From the NCBI RefSeq assembly GCF_021028975.2, contig NC_059428.1, positions 84,444,001 through 84,508,000 of the forward strand: a DNA stretch of 64,000 nt. Reading direction: 5' to 3'. The notes below the pieces were generated by a model. The model worked only from the letters and a program-made list of their open reading frames with translations. It was not told the DNA's origin and searched no databases. Position numbers and translations under genes: made by a program. Source of the stretch: Sphaerodactylus townsendi. Its lineage: Eukaryota. Below are positions 63,628 to 64,000 of this stretch, piece after piece; position 1 is the first letter of the stretch, and each line of letters begins with the position of its first letter.

Positions 63628-64000
63628 GTACTGCTTTCTTTTTGCTAGTTTTGTTTCTTTCCACCTTCCTAGTCTTAAACATTTGTACCAGAGCATCTTC
63701 TTGCAGCACTTTTGTAAAGGACCATGCTAGCATAGTGTATTGTATTTTTGTGATAATTGCGGAGTTGTATCATTGTACTCACAGGGCTAACCAAAATTTT
63801 TAGGAAACCTGCCAAATGGCACATGGCTGAATTGGTTATATTCTTTTAAACCTTATATCTGATTTTTTTTTTACAAAATGCTGCCCAATGGAACATTTTT
63901 ACCATACTGCTTTTCACGAAAACATATCCAGCTTGATCATTCCCTGCTGTTGCTCATCTCCAGATCTGTAACATAATAGCTGAAGAGCTCTAGCTTAGGC

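Overview
Vertebrate nuclear DNA, most likely a squamate reptile (gecko-like, judged from the repeat families, which I recognise from memory). It carries the conserved amniote TXLNG-SYAP1-CTPS2 block. TXLNG (gamma-taxilin, minus strand) is complete: 10 coding exons, 32028 to 12654, 538 aa by manual exon joining. SYAP1 (BSD-domain protein, minus strand) is complete: 9 coding exons, 49271 to 36936, 357 aa. CTPS2 (CTP synthase 2, plus strand) is partial: a probable non-coding first exon ending at 50240 plus 7 coding exons, 52422 to 63627, running off the window. All coding introns are GT-AG with consistent phases. SYAP1 and CTPS2 are head-to-head on a CpG-rich promoter of about 1 kb. The rest is intron and intergenic DNA with hAT and PIF/Harbinger MITEs, L2, CR1, L1 and Rex-like LINE fragments, SINEs (one 5S rRNA-derived) and Penelope-like termini. 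I cannot support a new multi-gene system here. The best leads are small-scale: a Penelope-type hammerhead ribozyme split near its cleavage site by a LINE tail, palindromic MITEs carrying the same ACTACAnnTCCCA motif found twice in the TXLNG promoter, a nested MITE hairpin, a possible decayed LTR retroelement at about 5-7.3 kb, a candidate uAUG-rich cassette exon in the CTPS2 5'UTR, and no visible RBBP7 beyond TXLNG.
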